Shown here piece by piece: positions 36,801 to 45,400 of a stretch of DNA of 64,000 nucleotides. The DNA comes from a virus (Duplodnaviria; Caudoviricetes). Positions within the stretch are counted from its first letter, which is position 1. Every line of letters begins with the position of its first letter. The notes under the pieces were generated by a model. The model saw nothing but the letters and a program-made list of their open reading frames with translations. It did not search any database and was not told the origin of the DNA. A program made the position numbers and the translations under genes. Location: positions 1,027 to 65,026 of the IMG/VR virus record IMGVR_UViG_3300045821_000013; one strand, 5' to 3'.

Positions 36801-38506
36801 TTGTGGGGCGGCGTGGTTACAAGAAGGTCATTGCCTTCCAGATGAACCATGTTGCCGGGGTGCTTCCATGCGTCTGGTTCGGTGGCCTTGCGCCTGGCGG
36901 CGAATTCCGCCCATAGATCAGGCCCGGTCTTTCCCTCTGCCTCTGGCGGCGGCACAACGGGCGTATTCGGCGGGCGAGCTGGAGCCATGGGCTTGCCGTC
37001 TTTGCCGCGATAGATCGGGTCGCGCTCATGGTAGAGTTGTTCCGCCGTGCCGCGCTGGCCTTTGAACTGCCGGGCGAGCGTATCGTAATAGGCGGCGCGC
37101 ATCTGGCCGTGGGCTTCGGCTTCCTCTTTGCTCAATCCGACCGCTTCGAGGCGGCGCGCGACATCGGCGGCGATGAAATTCTTTTGGACGCTGATATCTC
37201 GCGGCGCGGTCGCTGTTCCGGCGAGCGTTTCGCCATTCTCGACGTTCGGCGCCGGGACTGGCGGTTCGGCGACGGGAGCCGGTTCCTCTTGATGCGCGAC
37301 AGTTTCGGTCCCGATCCTCTCGGCGGCGCGGCGATAGGTCGCGGCAATCTGCGGGTCCAGTTCGTGTAATTTGGCGTCGATCGCGTCAAGATGCTTCTTC
37401 GCCTGTTCGACTTCCGACGTCTGCCCGCCTTCCAGCGATTCATTTACCCATCCAGCCAGGGTGTCACGTTGCGCTTTCACGCGGGCATGTTCGGCGAAAA
37501 GCTCAGGCTCCATGCGCTGTGCAGTAGCGTGAATATCCGGCGTGATCTGGTCGGTTCCCATAATCGCGCGCTCGGTGCGCAATTGCTCTTGCGCCTCCAT
37601 GTCGGATGCCGGATCGCGCTGCTTGGCTCCGTTGTGGGTTTCCTCGGTCGCGCCCTTGCCGACAATGCCGGCGGCGTCCACCTCGGCGATAGTCGGAGAG
37701 GGCTTTTCCGGTTCTGCCGCAGCCTCGGTCGGTTCCGGCCTGCCCAACATGCGCCGCATAGGATGCGCGGTAGTTTCCTCGATTCTCTTTCCAACGGCGT
37801 TCATGTTGTTGAACACGACGCCAAACGCCGTCGATGCCGCAACCTTGCGCCAGTCCAGATCCCCGTCCAGTTCTTCCTGCGCGAGTTCTATGCCGCCTTG
37901 CAAGCCGCCGCCGAAAATGCGCGCGGTGTAAGGGTTCGCCATGATGCGCTGGAGCGCCGTAGCGTTCTCAGGAAGTTTCGTCAGCGCCTTTTCCGCAGCG
38001 AAGGGCGACATGGTGAGCGCCATGGGAATGAGGCCGCCCAGGAACGAGGCCATGGGATGCTGCTTTTCGGACTCACGCTCCCAATTCTCAAGCGGGTCTT
38101 TCCATGAATCGGGCAATTTCTGGATTGCGGCCTCTTGGCCTTTGCCCGCGAGCCAGCCGCCGCCGAACGCGCCGGTAAGACCGCCAACCAATCCACCAGC
38201 CGCCGCGCCCCAAGGCCCTGCGAAAGCGCCGAGCGCCGCGCCTGCCTCCATGCCTGCGCCTGCGCCTGCGATGCCGCCTGCGGTCGGAACCACGCCAAGC
38301 ACGGCGTGACCGGCGGCGGCGCCGAGCGCGGAAGTTTCTTGCGGCTGTGCATCGACGGTCTGTTTATAGACCTGATCGAAAGGATTGGCCGAAGGCTGCT
38401 CTGCCTGCGCCTGGCGCTGCGGAGTGCTGACGCTGGCCGGGGTGCTGTCGACGGAATCCTTATAGACCTGATCGAACGGGTTCAGCGAATTCTGGTCATC
38501 GGTCAT
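24860..38506 (-). CDS. Giant (4548 aa) DarB-like polyvalent internal virion protein: adenine MTase + SNF2 helicase + zincin HExxH + C-terminal LPD-type domain
   Basis: VLEPSVGTG (~33550), GNPPFG (~33360), HVVGAGKT (~31230), DEAHEFKN (~30720), LTGTPISN, EQREGRIVRQG (~29510), IHETGH (~28170); last gene of the ejection-protein cluster. Confidence 0.88.
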   Translation of the reverse strand: MTDDQNSLNPFDQVYKDSVDSTPASVSTPQRQAQAEQPSANPFDQVYKQTVDAQPQETSALGAAAGHAVLGVVPTAGGIAGAGAGMEAGAALGAFAGPWGAAAGGLVGGLTGAFGGGWLAGKGQEAAIQKLPDSWKDPLENWERESEKQHPMASFLGGLIPMALTMSPFAAEKALTKLPENATALQRIMANPYTARIFGGGLQGGIELAQEELDGDLDWRKVAASTAFGVVFNNMNAVGKRIEETTAHPMRRMLGRPEPTEAAAEPEKPSPTIAEVDAAGIVGKGATEETHNGAKQRDPASDMEAQEQLRTERAIMGTDQITPDIHATAQRMEPELFAEHARVKAQRDTLAGWVNESLEGGQTSEVEQAKKHLDAIDAKLHELDPQIAATYRRAAERIGTETVAHQEEPAPVAEPPVPAPNVENGETLAGTATAPRDISVQKNFIAADVARRLEAVGLSKEEAEAHGQMRAAYYDTLARQFKGQRGTAEQLYHERDPIYRGKDGKPMAPARPPNTPVVPPPEAEGKTGPDLWAEFAARRKATEPDAWKHPGNMVHLEGNDLLVTTPPHNNGTILLARPNEAGKSQGFSYHPNEGLKPLAEPLDFQRVVDSIKENATKPAPAKKKVAPAPAMAETTITAGRQEPEPAAPPEALTTDPEGLVERIPGKEGDGTEVLIIKRRDDKFSVVLRDTDAQETVGPISIVKDLDAAKVEASRMIHGPQAETPAPTARLPKRDFTVSPDTPREQKLAMWWDAMSPGERGQVIDAADVKLKRSAKWSNVSSEKIEKLGKVYDTDANPMREVAYKEPEAPREAAPGDEDAAGRKFVGKNEYGRDLWEDKRGARSYLMDGIRYTEPVSTIPTREGTRLETNRINRPEYLTAEESATHKSKLEQHKKDWAEGEAPPPAAESGKSELVDAMNTVMELQARLDEQGQVVDDRLLSRLRQAKERVKELQKESPPAADIAPEGASNKEKVPYRTLTPEDMAEFWKPENVSEAKFILPDGRLLGGGDNTHEQISSELGYGIGDNAIPDMMRDTGAIRITIAAAIFDKSGDVSIKTKPTEAAVRQLSRYVNERWKMGWETPIDCDYPGVDKFESVRNGAELRRLLEPAKEAESAKPAEEPSEPETLEAAMEAFLGKPPAPVEKPTEAVKPPKPRVEEPPIAPETPVEKEIRKAFFALAGRPAGDNVRFRALREKLSHIPREELDAALISMREKQTAQLSNLDNPRDIAAEGDAALKLGPHKHQTVHHMWISDEAEARALRSTEARPAEAETEAAPTQTPEPETAPTWGANNKLVSADRMAILRERLKQKLRDAGTQLNIGIDPEMVAIGTELAAGHIEAGARAFADFARLIARDLGAKLSDLTPYLRSWYNGARDMMEDHGVDIAGTDDPDKVRSELARIIKEEADDDRAAIRGESPESLEGISPENDQGSEASGDIEREGAEGQHGGGEPGGGADGEGLPKTRSGGNRSAGNNNASAGKVGRKKRAAKISEEVDAKNPAFDKDPSLAERETAKANIPDTDFVLTDEMAIGKGTEGQKFADNVAAIRTLKDIEFENRRATPDEKAILARYVGWGGLKNAFRVAGSAEGEGIAKGWEKRVAEIESLLTPLELLRARNSTGAAHYTSPAVVKSVWAAVKRLGFAGGSVLEPSVGTGNFIGFMPEEARGKSNVFAVEYDNLTARIAQKLYPNADIVHSGFQDVPLAQNQFALAIGNPPFGRESLNFRYNPAANGKSIHNQFFLTSMDGVRPGGLMAMVVSHNLMDALDNSSRLDLARSGEFIGAIRLPDTAFKENARTKVVTDIIFLRKRESEEATRAQEAVNDIKGLKPGKDGGKELRTGWEYEETKAEIERWVHSSEIDDPAGSGQKINANGYFLRNRDMVVGDINATGTMNRRAELNVQLKNQEEFQSRLDAAIEKLPRIDPNEEIAASSLVHYRVMADGMRLAVERAEPGRIQKTVDGELKTVLDMDGGEGAAKSILREITLTKDTPFNPDYTMNLEGKWQRTVNAVDEAGNPIKLLKADGTPSNRNQKQTIVYENESDIPARDKWGERNVAAVDAMLPIRDRFKEQLQLEMQDASPEAIEANRARLNQAYGQFVERYGNLNDKANSKLALFMPDGGLIMAVEHVNKEKQVEKSAIMSRRVTEPPKVIEKAKDASDAVAISLSESGKINLERIASLLDTDEAGAAKALSEGEKPRAYLNPETQTWEASDQYLSGQVRKKLNAAKEAGLEANIKALEKVLPEDWDSSQISPNMGSSWIPGDVYASFLKHLGYDSSFVHYSAVTNSYTTMYEGKPKAEWATSSGALDPGQIVTKTLNSQPIKVTWTDSDGKVHVMEEETAESQAKASELTNEFLDWVYQADEQRQRLVRIFNDKFNTRVTTQRDGSHLTLPGKIPDAIIKMRRHQLNGIWRGITDRSVLYDHVVGAGKTFTAIARIMERRRMGLSNKPMIVVPNHLVGQWEADARLLYPGSNILAANKDDFERDNRRRLFSRVAAGDYDMVIIGHSQLGFIDIDPSTEQRYLEEELISARAAVVDAEKSAAEEGYTGWGKPMGVKDAERLVTSIETRMSTLRNRSRDRLLTFEEMGIDDLTVDEAHEFKNLAYSSRLVGISGMGDKAGSLKASDLHMKVRSLHDRPGSSVAFLTGTPISNSVSEMYLLLRNLVPNELKELGIENFDAWRSMYVSYAAKYEPTEAGGIKEVTRLGREWSNMKSLMDLYYSVADAVTQEEIQKAYAEDNPGKEYPLPKVASKLAGKGDREMALVAPTPEQIRILKDVFDGFEALPGEPDRKERNKKRLTLMDRARKVSLDARAVDPNINVTSQGGKIAEIVNRVHQIYDKWTPEKGTQIIFLDRSVPKAKGDDKILKAYDGLRDKLREAINAGDENAQQKALDSLEKYDANEMESLRSAQTGGWNAYDEIKNQLMAKGIPANEIAFVQEAGDKPEQKSALFDKVKSGEVRVIIGSTPRMGAGTNVQDRLVALHHADVTWKPSDIEQREGRIVRQGNMFVESHFPNGQPNPNYKPGFAVDVIAYATERSIDAKMWALNADKLKAINGIRKYDGSFNMEFEDEESASMAEMAALATGNPKMVERVTLVSQIGKLEVQGRAFGRRMNAMRDQLSSARRDVETAPAKIERNRAFADEVEKKMEPIKERSAKRSVMIGDKPYTEPMKAVEAAREIVREYIISKFGDVPEGEKVRWSIDIDGEKITSHDALNKAIRTKLGTPDFEAEIDGKTILDDGFAASAIMEKAKGKGDTYTLDGIKINGVPVEVDVEPWSHNPKEDRSISFSALNDKGQELAGIGYVVKGGINWGAVDSALTKLRQMMRPEEFRWTADRTEKAAAESARKIPDLEKEVEKKWPQEDELKEKRARKIEVENEIQGEDPANVTDPNAVPGGEEVPEGAEPAESDEGEEHQQSARGKIKIVEGQRKVITLFAERNASTMIHETGHDWLDNLLKDAAHPLAPDQLKTDATTTRKWLKAADGAEITKAQHEKFARGFEQYLREGVAPSKDLAGVFAKFKSWLMNIYKTLTGLGKPINADIRAVFDRMLAEPQSAVVAPERSAVASLADHHEIDAKETEPQHAEPAMDRVISERDRAIEDLTPEVQHELETARGEIAATQQEEPGGAAGAGTEPGGQGSAGAGGQGNVGPGGGASEPVDGGGERGAGSGAIERGGADVGTESSDVSGRQQRPDDANLARSGQPAPRPAEQFGPEPAEFVDKAGNIRLDNVNGAEDLKELLRETAAANNDFIGDRRGKISDSESTAMARALLGADPDFWTAKKLGDAYNAEQARAIQMIAVQSARDTRAAMNKAAETQADEDVIAYARAKARHQMIQAAYSQATAEAGRALRALRKLQEAWTPEAESIDTFLQGATGTTLYQLKAEAKLGAALDSPDKIAKFIADSQKRSFGSMLMEYWINGLISGPATHVTYTIGNMMLALEKAGPETLVAAMIGKARAGMGRAGPVVHGGEVGAQFKGLKAGMVPALKASVDALKTGKTTLLPSEHQFGNMPFAGESQFAEPAHLDENASMADVGASAFGMMRGLFDGFRAGGGLLDAAGLKDQPTFSTNYSATGAIPNFDVGSVRIPVGDIARAPSRMIAAIHSLFRSLNYSMEKASLAYRQAVNEGLKGNALEARIGELWQNPDENLIATARTAATDLTLMGQGGQLTKAMSRLTNIKVDLPVLGETQLLKFIDPFVHISSNVIDQSIIQRTPLGLILSPELRADVMGKNGTIAQDKAQARMLCGTALSLLFGSLAANGYASGSGPSDPRQAAMWRLAGNQAHSVRVGDIWYDTHRLGPMGMLMGVAADMYDVAHAAGEGDMLAAGAHLQHAITQNILDESFMRGPAELLKAVEDPGRYGESYIRQFASSFVPYSVGMAQMARAADPYSRQARTVMDAIKAKIPGLSEELMPRRDVWGEPMVNHDALGAKGVTAIYMTQMSRDPVNLALLSIGIAPSKVEKKIRGVELDPDQYDEYQRVAGRMTKMRLDAIVNSQDFQSWPNHVRHDVITETIRQSREAARGYVMLKYPEIISQAHENMTRKNRD

Positions 38507-41472
38507 TGTTTCGCCTTGTCCCGCTCCGAAATGCGTTCTTTTTGCGCATCCAGAATGATTTGCTTGAGCGGATTATTATCCGGCAGGGTCTTTGCTTTTG
38601 CAATCACGTCCTCTGGTTCGCCCTGAAGCCATTCGTGCAATTTATGAATTGCGCCACCCGCCGCACCATAAACCTTGCCGTATAATTTCGGGAAGGCGAC
38701 AAGATTCTCGACTGCCCGCATATCCCGCTCCTCTCTTTTTTCGACTTTGGCCGGTTCCTCCTGCGGAACAGCCGATTTTGGTTCTGCGACCGGCTTTGTC
38801 ACGTCGAGCGGCCTGCCAGTCTCGAACGGAGGTTTCCCGGTCAACATCTTGATAAGCTCGGCGCCGTCCAATCCGGTCTTTCCAAATTGCGAATCGTTGA
38901 ATGCTTTGGCCGCTTCCGGCGTCGGGTTCTCAATGAGTTTTTGCAAAACAGCCTGCCAGCCTGCTTTGACAAACGGCGTTCCGGTTTCATCCGCCGGCGG
39001 CTTTTGTGCGATGGTCTGCCATGCTTTCGGATCTGCGCCGGATGGAGCTGGAACGATATCGTTGGCGTTCTTCTGTTGGCCGAATTCTCCTAAGGTGCGC
39101 GAATCCGACGACATGCGCGCGTACATTTCTTCGGTGCGCGTCCGCTTGAAGGTTCCAATCATCTTGTCGATATTTTCGGGCGTGTAAAAGTCCTTCGGGT
39201 CTTTGTTGTCCTTCACCCATTTGTCGTAGGAAAACGGAAGCGCCATGGCGAAAGCCGAAAACCGTTTTTCGCCGTCCGGATCGGTGCGATGGATGCCCGC
39301 CGCCGACAATTCCTGATCGAAGGAAAGCGCCTGCTTGGCTCTAACCAAGGCGTAGGTCTTGGCCTGCGCCACGCCCGCCGTCTCGTCCTTCATCGTCATC
39401 TTGAGCGTTTCCAGCGCATCAGACGCGCCGCGCTTGGTCAATCGACCATCGGCCTCCATCTGCATGATCTGGAGTGGATCGCTGATTTTTTCCTCGGCGC
39501 CAAATGGAGCCGATATCGCCTTGATGGCGCGAAGATGCTCCGGCCCCATATCGGATTCATCGACGTTTCCGGTGCGCTTCGTCACCAAGGCGCGAAGCGT
39601 GTCCTTTACCGACTCGCCGCGAATTCCAGTCAAACGAGGATCGTTGTTGATATCATCGAAGATCGAGCGGCCTCCGGAGCGCGAGCCATAATCGTGCTTG
39701 TCCATGCGCTGGCTGTATTCGTCCGAGACATGGTTGTGGATTGCCGTCTCGCGGGTTTCCTCAGCCTTCAATCCAAGCATGTCCGCCTGCGCCCGCGTCT
39801 CGATCTGGCGGCGATAGGCTTCCTGCGCCTCATAGGACATGCCCTGCGGCATGGCGCGCATGGCGTTGGCTTGATGCTCCTGAACGTCCGCAATGCGATC
39901 CTCGATCGAGGGCGGCGGCGGCGGCAAGGGCGGTAATGTTCCTGGCCCCGGCGTCGAGGGCAATGCAGGCGCAGCGGCGTCGACAGGCGATAATGCTTGA
40001 CCGCCAGCCGCCTGCGGCATCTGCATCGACTTTCCGGCGCCGAAGGCTGGTGCGCCTGCAATCTGCGAGGGTCCGCCCTTGATCGGAGCGCCGTTCGATC
40101 CAGTGAGAGTTCCGTTCGCCATTTGCGAAAAATACCGCAGCGTGTTCAACCGCCCGGTGTAGTTCAAACCTCCCTTTGGGTTTGACGACGTGTAGGCCAT
40201 GGGCTGTTCGTAGCGCATCTGCGCAACAGCCAGATCATCGACCGATTGCGCCGCGTTGACGGCGGCCCCTTCCGGCCTTGAGCGCAATTCCGTCAAAGCC
40301 ATTTTGGCTTGGTTCTGCCACGACTGCCAGCGCATATCCATGCGAGCATCGTTGTGACCATAGAGGCCATGGCCCTGATAGACGCCATTTTTCGGATCGT
40401 GCTGTGCATTTGGATCGAACGACGATTCCGATGCAGCTCCGCCGGTCAGCATCAGGGCTTCGTTGTTCGAGGCCCCGATGGATTTGAGATAGGAATAATG
40501 GTCTGCCGCCGAAAATCCTCCAGCGCCCTTGTGGTCGAGGGGCTGCGTGTAGGCGGTATTCGTCAATCCGATGCCATTGGCTCCAGCCGCCGGTCCAGAG
40601 GACGGTGAAGCGCCCGCGCTCGGTCGCGGCACATTGTCGTAGTTGTGGTCCGCCGCCCCGGTTCCTGTGTTCAGATCGCGCTGGTGCTTCAATTGCTCGG
40701 CAAGAGCCGGATAAAGCGCGCCAAGTTCTTTTTGGTGGGCTTCGGCCATGGTCGCCGCCGCCGCCGGGTCTTTGGCGCGTATGGCTTCAATGCGCGTGTG
40801 CCAGGCGTCTTGTGTCGCCCGCATCCTGGCGTCTGCCGCGCCGGTCGCGCCGCCTCCCGTCAAATCGTTGGTTTTCAAATAGGCCGTTTGCAGATCGGCG
40901 GCGTTGTGGTTGAACGCATTGTCATCGGCGGCGTTGACGGAGATATTGTTCTTGGCGATATCGGCGCTGGATTTATTCGTCTCCTGCCCGTATTGCGTCA
41001 TCGCCACTTCGCCGGCATGTCCAACCATCTGGTCATGGTTCTGCCGGATGCGGCGCGAATATTGGTCGAATTGCAGTTGCGATTCCGGCGAGGAAAGCCC
41101 GGCGCGAATTTCTTTCAGGTCGTTGTCCATGTCGATGGCGAGCTGCGGCCTCGCCCGCAGCATGTCAGCGCCCTTCAAACCAAAATATCCGGTATCTGGA
41201 GTCGGCTTTCCATCCGGCCCCGTCACCATCTTGGATGGATCGCCATAAAGCCGCTTGTTCCAGCGGTCGGATAACTGGTTCGTTCCGTCGTCCGCCGCGA
41301 CCTGTCCATAAAACTGGCCGGCCTTGACTGCGCCCTGGCCTGCTTCCTTCATGCCTTGCGCGATTGCGCCGCCGAACATTTCGGGGCGGGCGTCGATCTT
41401 TTGAAGATCGTCCGGAGCCTGAATTTGCGGAGTGACCGACGTTTCCGCGCCAGAATAGGGCGAATTTGCCAT
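38503..41472 (-). CDS. Internal virion (ejection) protein with tail-lysozyme-like muralytic domain
   Basis: ALMLTGGAASESSFDPNAQ...GHGLYGH...ALTELRS...MRYEQP (~40140-40500) in an otherwise helical 989-aa protein. Confidence 0.7.
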   Translation of the reverse strand: MANSPYSGAETSVTPQIQAPDDLQKIDARPEMFGGAIAQGMKEAGQGAVKAGQFYGQVAADDGTNQLSDRWNKRLYGDPSKMVTGPDGKPTPDTGYFGLKGADMLRARPQLAIDMDNDLKEIRAGLSSPESQLQFDQYSRRIRQNHDQMVGHAGEVAMTQYGQETNKSSADIAKNNISVNAADDNAFNHNAADLQTAYLKTNDLTGGGATGAADARMRATQDAWHTRIEAIRAKDPAAAATMAEAHQKELGALYPALAEQLKHQRDLNTGTGAADHNYDNVPRPSAGASPSSGPAAGANGIGLTNTAYTQPLDHKGAGGFSAADHYSYLKSIGASNNEALMLTGGAASESSFDPNAQHDPKNGVYQGHGLYGHNDARMDMRWQSWQNQAKMALTELRSRPEGAAVNAAQSVDDLAVAQMRYEQPMAYTSSNPKGGLNYTGRLNTLRYFSQMANGTLTGSNGAPIKGGPSQIAGAPAFGAGKSMQMPQAAGGQALSPVDAAAPALPSTPGPGTLPPLPPPPPSIEDRIADVQEHQANAMRAMPQGMSYEAQEAYRRQIETRAQADMLGLKAEETRETAIHNHVSDEYSQRMDKHDYGSRSGGRSIFDDINNDPRLTGIRGESVKDTLRALVTKRTGNVDESDMGPEHLRAIKAISAPFGAEEKISDPLQIMQMEADGRLTKRGASDALETLKMTMKDETAGVAQAKTYALVRAKQALSFDQELSAAGIHRTDPDGEKRFSAFAMALPFSYDKWVKDNKDPKDFYTPENIDKMIGTFKRTRTEEMYARMSSDSRTLGEFGQQKNANDIVPAPSGADPKAWQTIAQKPPADETGTPFVKAGWQAVLQKLIENPTPEAAKAFNDSQFGKTGLDGAELIKMLTGKPPFETGRPLDVTKPVAEPKSAVPQEEPAKVEKREERDMRAVENLVAFPKLYGKVYGAAGGAIHKLHEWLQGEPEDVIAKAKTLPDNNPLKQIILDAQKERISERDKAKQ

Positions 41473-41481
41473 GATGCGCCC

Positions 41482-42003
41482 TTATGACGTGGTGAACAGA
41501 TTGGCTAAATTCTTGGTCTTGAAACCGATTGCGGACGCATTGCTCGCCAGCGATCCGAGCGCGCCGAACGCCGCGCCTACAGGAGCTTGATCGGCCTGCT
41601 GCTGGTCCAATCCGGACTGCGCATTAAAATTGCCTGACTGCACCCGGTAGCCGTAAACCTGTTGCTGCCCGTTCGACTCGGTGTTCAACGTGTCGAGCTT
41701 GGCCTGTTCGCGGTCGGACGCCTCCACATTGACGGCGGATCCGGAATTCACATCGACGCCGTTCGCCGCCAGAGCGCCCTTGACCGCCGCTTGTCGATTG
41801 GCGCCTTTGAGGCTTTGCTGTTCGGCGGCGTCGGCGGTGGCTGCGGAGGCATGTGAGGCGTTCTGCGCCTCGGTCTGCGCATTGTTGCGCGCGACTTCTG
41901 CCTGATAGTGAGACGCGCTGGCCTGACTAAGACCGCCCATGACGGAACCGCCTGCGGAAACCGCCGCGCCGATCAATCCAAGTGAAACAGGGTCAAATCC
42001 CAT
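41482..42003 (-). CDS. Internal virion protein (T7 gp14-like position)
   Basis: Hydrophobic Gly/Ala N-terminus, Q/A-rich core, A-A-N-G-V-D-V-N-S-G-S motif. Confidence 0.65.
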   Translation of the reverse strand: MGFDPVSLGLIGAAVSAGGSVMGGLSQASASHYQAEVARNNAQTEAQNASHASAATADAAEQQSLKGANRQAAVKGALAANGVDVNSGSAVNVEASDREQAKLDTLNTESNGQQQVYGYRVQSGNFNAQSGLDQQQADQAPVGAAFGALGSLASNASAIGFKTKNLANLFTTS

Positions 42004-42451
42004 TGTCGCTCCGATAGATGATTCCGACGCCGAATTCGGTCGTCAAATTATGGTCAATCTCGAAGCCGAGAAACGATGCAAATTTCAATGCTGTTTTATC
42101 ATGAATAGCGACGGTGGAGAACAATGCGCTTTTCGTTTGCATGATTTCCGCAATTTGCACCTTCGCTTCACGCACGACAGCGCGCGGATATTTTGTGGCC
42201 TGATCGGAAAGGGCAAGCCATATGATCCCCTGTCCAGATGAAAGCGTCCCGATGACGCCTCCAAGCCCTGCGAGCTTTCCGTCGATCAGCCATGCCCGCC
42301 GGAAGGCGCTCGAACCGTTGAAGGCAAAGGCCAATTGTTCGTGAATTCCAAAACCTGTTTTGGCGGCGGCCGCGATATGCTCTTTGCGCAAAATCCTAAC
42401 CATCTGCCCGACATGCCAGCGCCGCGCTTCGATGATTTGAAAATCAGGCAA
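41993..42451 (-). CDS. GNAT-like protein (T7 gp13-like position)
   Basis: AWLIDGKLAGLGGV...IIWLA...ALKFASFLGFEI; follows the nozzle gene. Confidence 0.65.
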   Translation of the reverse strand: MPDFQIIEARRWHVGQMVRILRKEHIAAAAKTGFGIHEQLAFAFNGSSAFRRAWLIDGKLAGLGGVIGTLSSGQGIIWLALSDQATKYPRAVVREAKVQIAEIMQTKSALFSTVAIHDKTALKFASFLGFEIDHNLTTEFGVGIIYRSDNGI

Positions 42452-42455
42452 TTAT

Positions 42456-45400
42456 TTACCTTCCTTGTGATTTTTGCTGGCGCGGCTTGGCCTGCTGCTC
42501 CGGCGTATCTCCCGCCAAATCTTCCGGAATGATCGCCAGTATATTCATCGGCAAGGGGTTTGTCTGCATAATGGCGACTTGTCCATGGGTGTTCCATCCG
42601 CCCGAAACCGGCAAGCGCGCATCCCCGGTGAACAACGGAATGACATTTCCCCCGTAGGGCGGAACGCCATTATCCGGAACCGGGTCCATGTTCGTCCATA
42701 CGGGCGCGAGCGTCGTGGGCGAAGTGGTCGATCCGTCCACTTGGTTCGAGCCTGCGACCATCCCGCGTGACGCCTCGATACGCACGGTGACGGCGGATTC
42801 TTTCTTGCGCTGGCCCTGGCTGGTGGGTTCGCCTGTGTCGAGATAGATGCTCTGCAATTGGGCGGTGAAACCAAGGCCGACAGTAACCGCCGACGCCGGA
42901 GCGCCGAGCGTCAAAACGCCGGTTGCCGAAACGATCGATGGCGGAATGACATTGCCATCGGCCAGTCCGGTCACGACAGATCCAGCCAGATGATAAAGGC
43001 CGGTAATCTTGCTGACGGGCGCGTTCATGCTCCATGAGCCAGAGGGTTGCGGCTGCACGATCCCCTGCGGTGTGATCGAGGAAATGGAATTCGGCTGGAT
43101 CGAGGTGATTGGCGTCAGGATATTGGCGGTGACGTGCTGCGAATCCATGTAGGCGGTGATCGTAGCGATGCCGCCGCCCATGCGAATGACCGATCCGATA
43201 TTGGCTCCGGAAAAAACCGGGGCGGAGGTCGTAAAGACCGCCGAATTATCCAACGTCGCATTTGCGGAAAATCCGGAGCCGGTATTGGCCGGATCGTAGG
43301 CGACAAACGCAGGCGAGACATAGCCGGAGCCATTAGGCAAAACATTTATCGCGGTGATGACGCCCCCAACAATGGTCGGAGTGGCGACGGCGCCGGTCCC
43401 CGGCCCTTGACCGTCATTATCGACAATGCTGATCGTGGTCGCGCTCGACCATCCCGAACCGCCAACGAGGCCCGTCACGCCGGTTATGGCGCCCAATCCG
43501 GTCGGTGAGTTGACGCTGATCGTGGCCGGCGGCTGGTTCGAGGCCAGGCTAAGTCCAGCGTCAACGCACCACGTCGATTCAACGCCAGTGTTCCAGATGC
43601 GATTGTCCATCCTTTCCAGCATGAAAGACGTTTTTCCGCCGATTGTGCGCTGAACCGCCAGATAAAGAGCATCGACAGGCGGCTCGACCACGGAACAGAC
43701 GCTTTTGAACAGTCCGTTTGTGTCATGCCGCGCCCATCCCGCAATTTCCTGCGGCTTGAGATAGGTCAGGCTCAACAATACTCCATCGGATCGAACAGAC
43801 CAAAGCAATTTGTAAGGCTCGTCGCACCACGCATGTTCCAAAATCGTGTAGCCAAAAAACAGATGCGAGGAATTCAGCGTAAGGTCCGTTCCGGTGTAAA
43901 TATTTGTGAAAAACTGATAGGCCAGATCGCGGTAAGTTGTCCCTTTCGCTTGCACATAGATGATATCGTAATCAATTTTGATCGGAGGAACTGTCGATGA
44001 ACAGCCATTATAAGCCTGCGGTTGCGCTTGCTGATCGCTCGGCGTGATTGGCTGCGGATTGACTGACGAACCGCCAGCTCCGGTCAATTGCCACGCGCTC
44101 AATCCAGTGAGACAAACAAGCCCGCCCGGCATGGAAATCATGAACTGAATGCCGTTAACCTGTTGCGACCACGGCGACCCCTCAATCGCATCTGTCCCGA
44201 TGGTCGGAATACGCGAATCGAAATTCGTGTAGGAACCGGGTTGGCTCATGAAATAGGTGTCGGGCTGGTTCAGCGTGTAGGCATAGACGCGCCGCTCTTG
44301 AAAATAGGCGACGGCGCCAGGATATGTCCCGCTCTGCGGCCCGATGGTCAGATAGCCGGTTGCTCCCGCGCCATTCCCGCTCACGGTGAATGTGTCGCCG
44401 GGACGATAGCCTTGGCCTGGCTGCGCAAGATAGTAGCCGGTGATCGGCCCTGCAACCAAAGGCCCGCCGTATGACTGCCCATATTGGATGACGGGAAAGA
44501 TGACAGCTCCGGAGCCTGTTGCGCTCGTAATCGTCACGCTCGCATAAGTATAATTATTCCCTGTCGCCGTAGGGTTCGCCGCGATAACTGATCCTCGGCT
44601 AAATGGATTTTGATGCGTCGGCGGAACCTGTGTAAAATCTGGAACAACATTGGTATCGAGAAATTGCGTTCCGTATGACGATCCGGCGTATCCAAACAAT
44701 GCGCCAACAGGTGGCGGTGTATTTGCCCCCATTGAAATAGTAGCAAAACCTATCTGCGGTGTGCATTTATAAATATTATATTTATTTATTCCTGCAACAC
44801 TCCCCCATTGAACCGTAATTGTTCCCGCGCTGCTGGAAACGTCAATTGTGTTCCCTATTGATGCAATAGGCGACATAATGCTTTCTGTTCCGTCTGTTAA
44901 ACTAACAGACGTTACAACATATTGATAATACGCCGCTGAAATTCCGCTTTGGTTTGCCGGCTGCGGTTGTCCAAGGCCATTTGTCCAAGGCGGCGGCTGA
45001 ACGGTCGGCTGCGTCGTCATTTGAACCAGTGTCCAATGATTGTCCGCAATCCGGGATAATTCATAAGGTGGATATTCGGTCCCTGTTAGCTGGTTGACGC
45101 AGCAAATAGATACCACGTCCGCGCTTTGCACAATTTTCAGATATTCAAGGTCTTGTTCGGCCCATGGGGTTGCAAGCGTGTAAATTCTTGCTCCATTTCC
45201 GCTAGATATGAAAGCCCCGAACGATGTCGAGTCAATCGTGTTTCCGAATACATCATAAATTGGATAGTTCGAGCCAACAGGAGCGCCAAGAACGACGGTT
45301 CGGCCATTTAATTGCGTCATCCCGCCAATGCCGGAAATGTAAAGCCAATCTCCCGCATTGAATGCTGTTGCGGCTCCAGAGGTCAGATTGAAAGTGGCTC

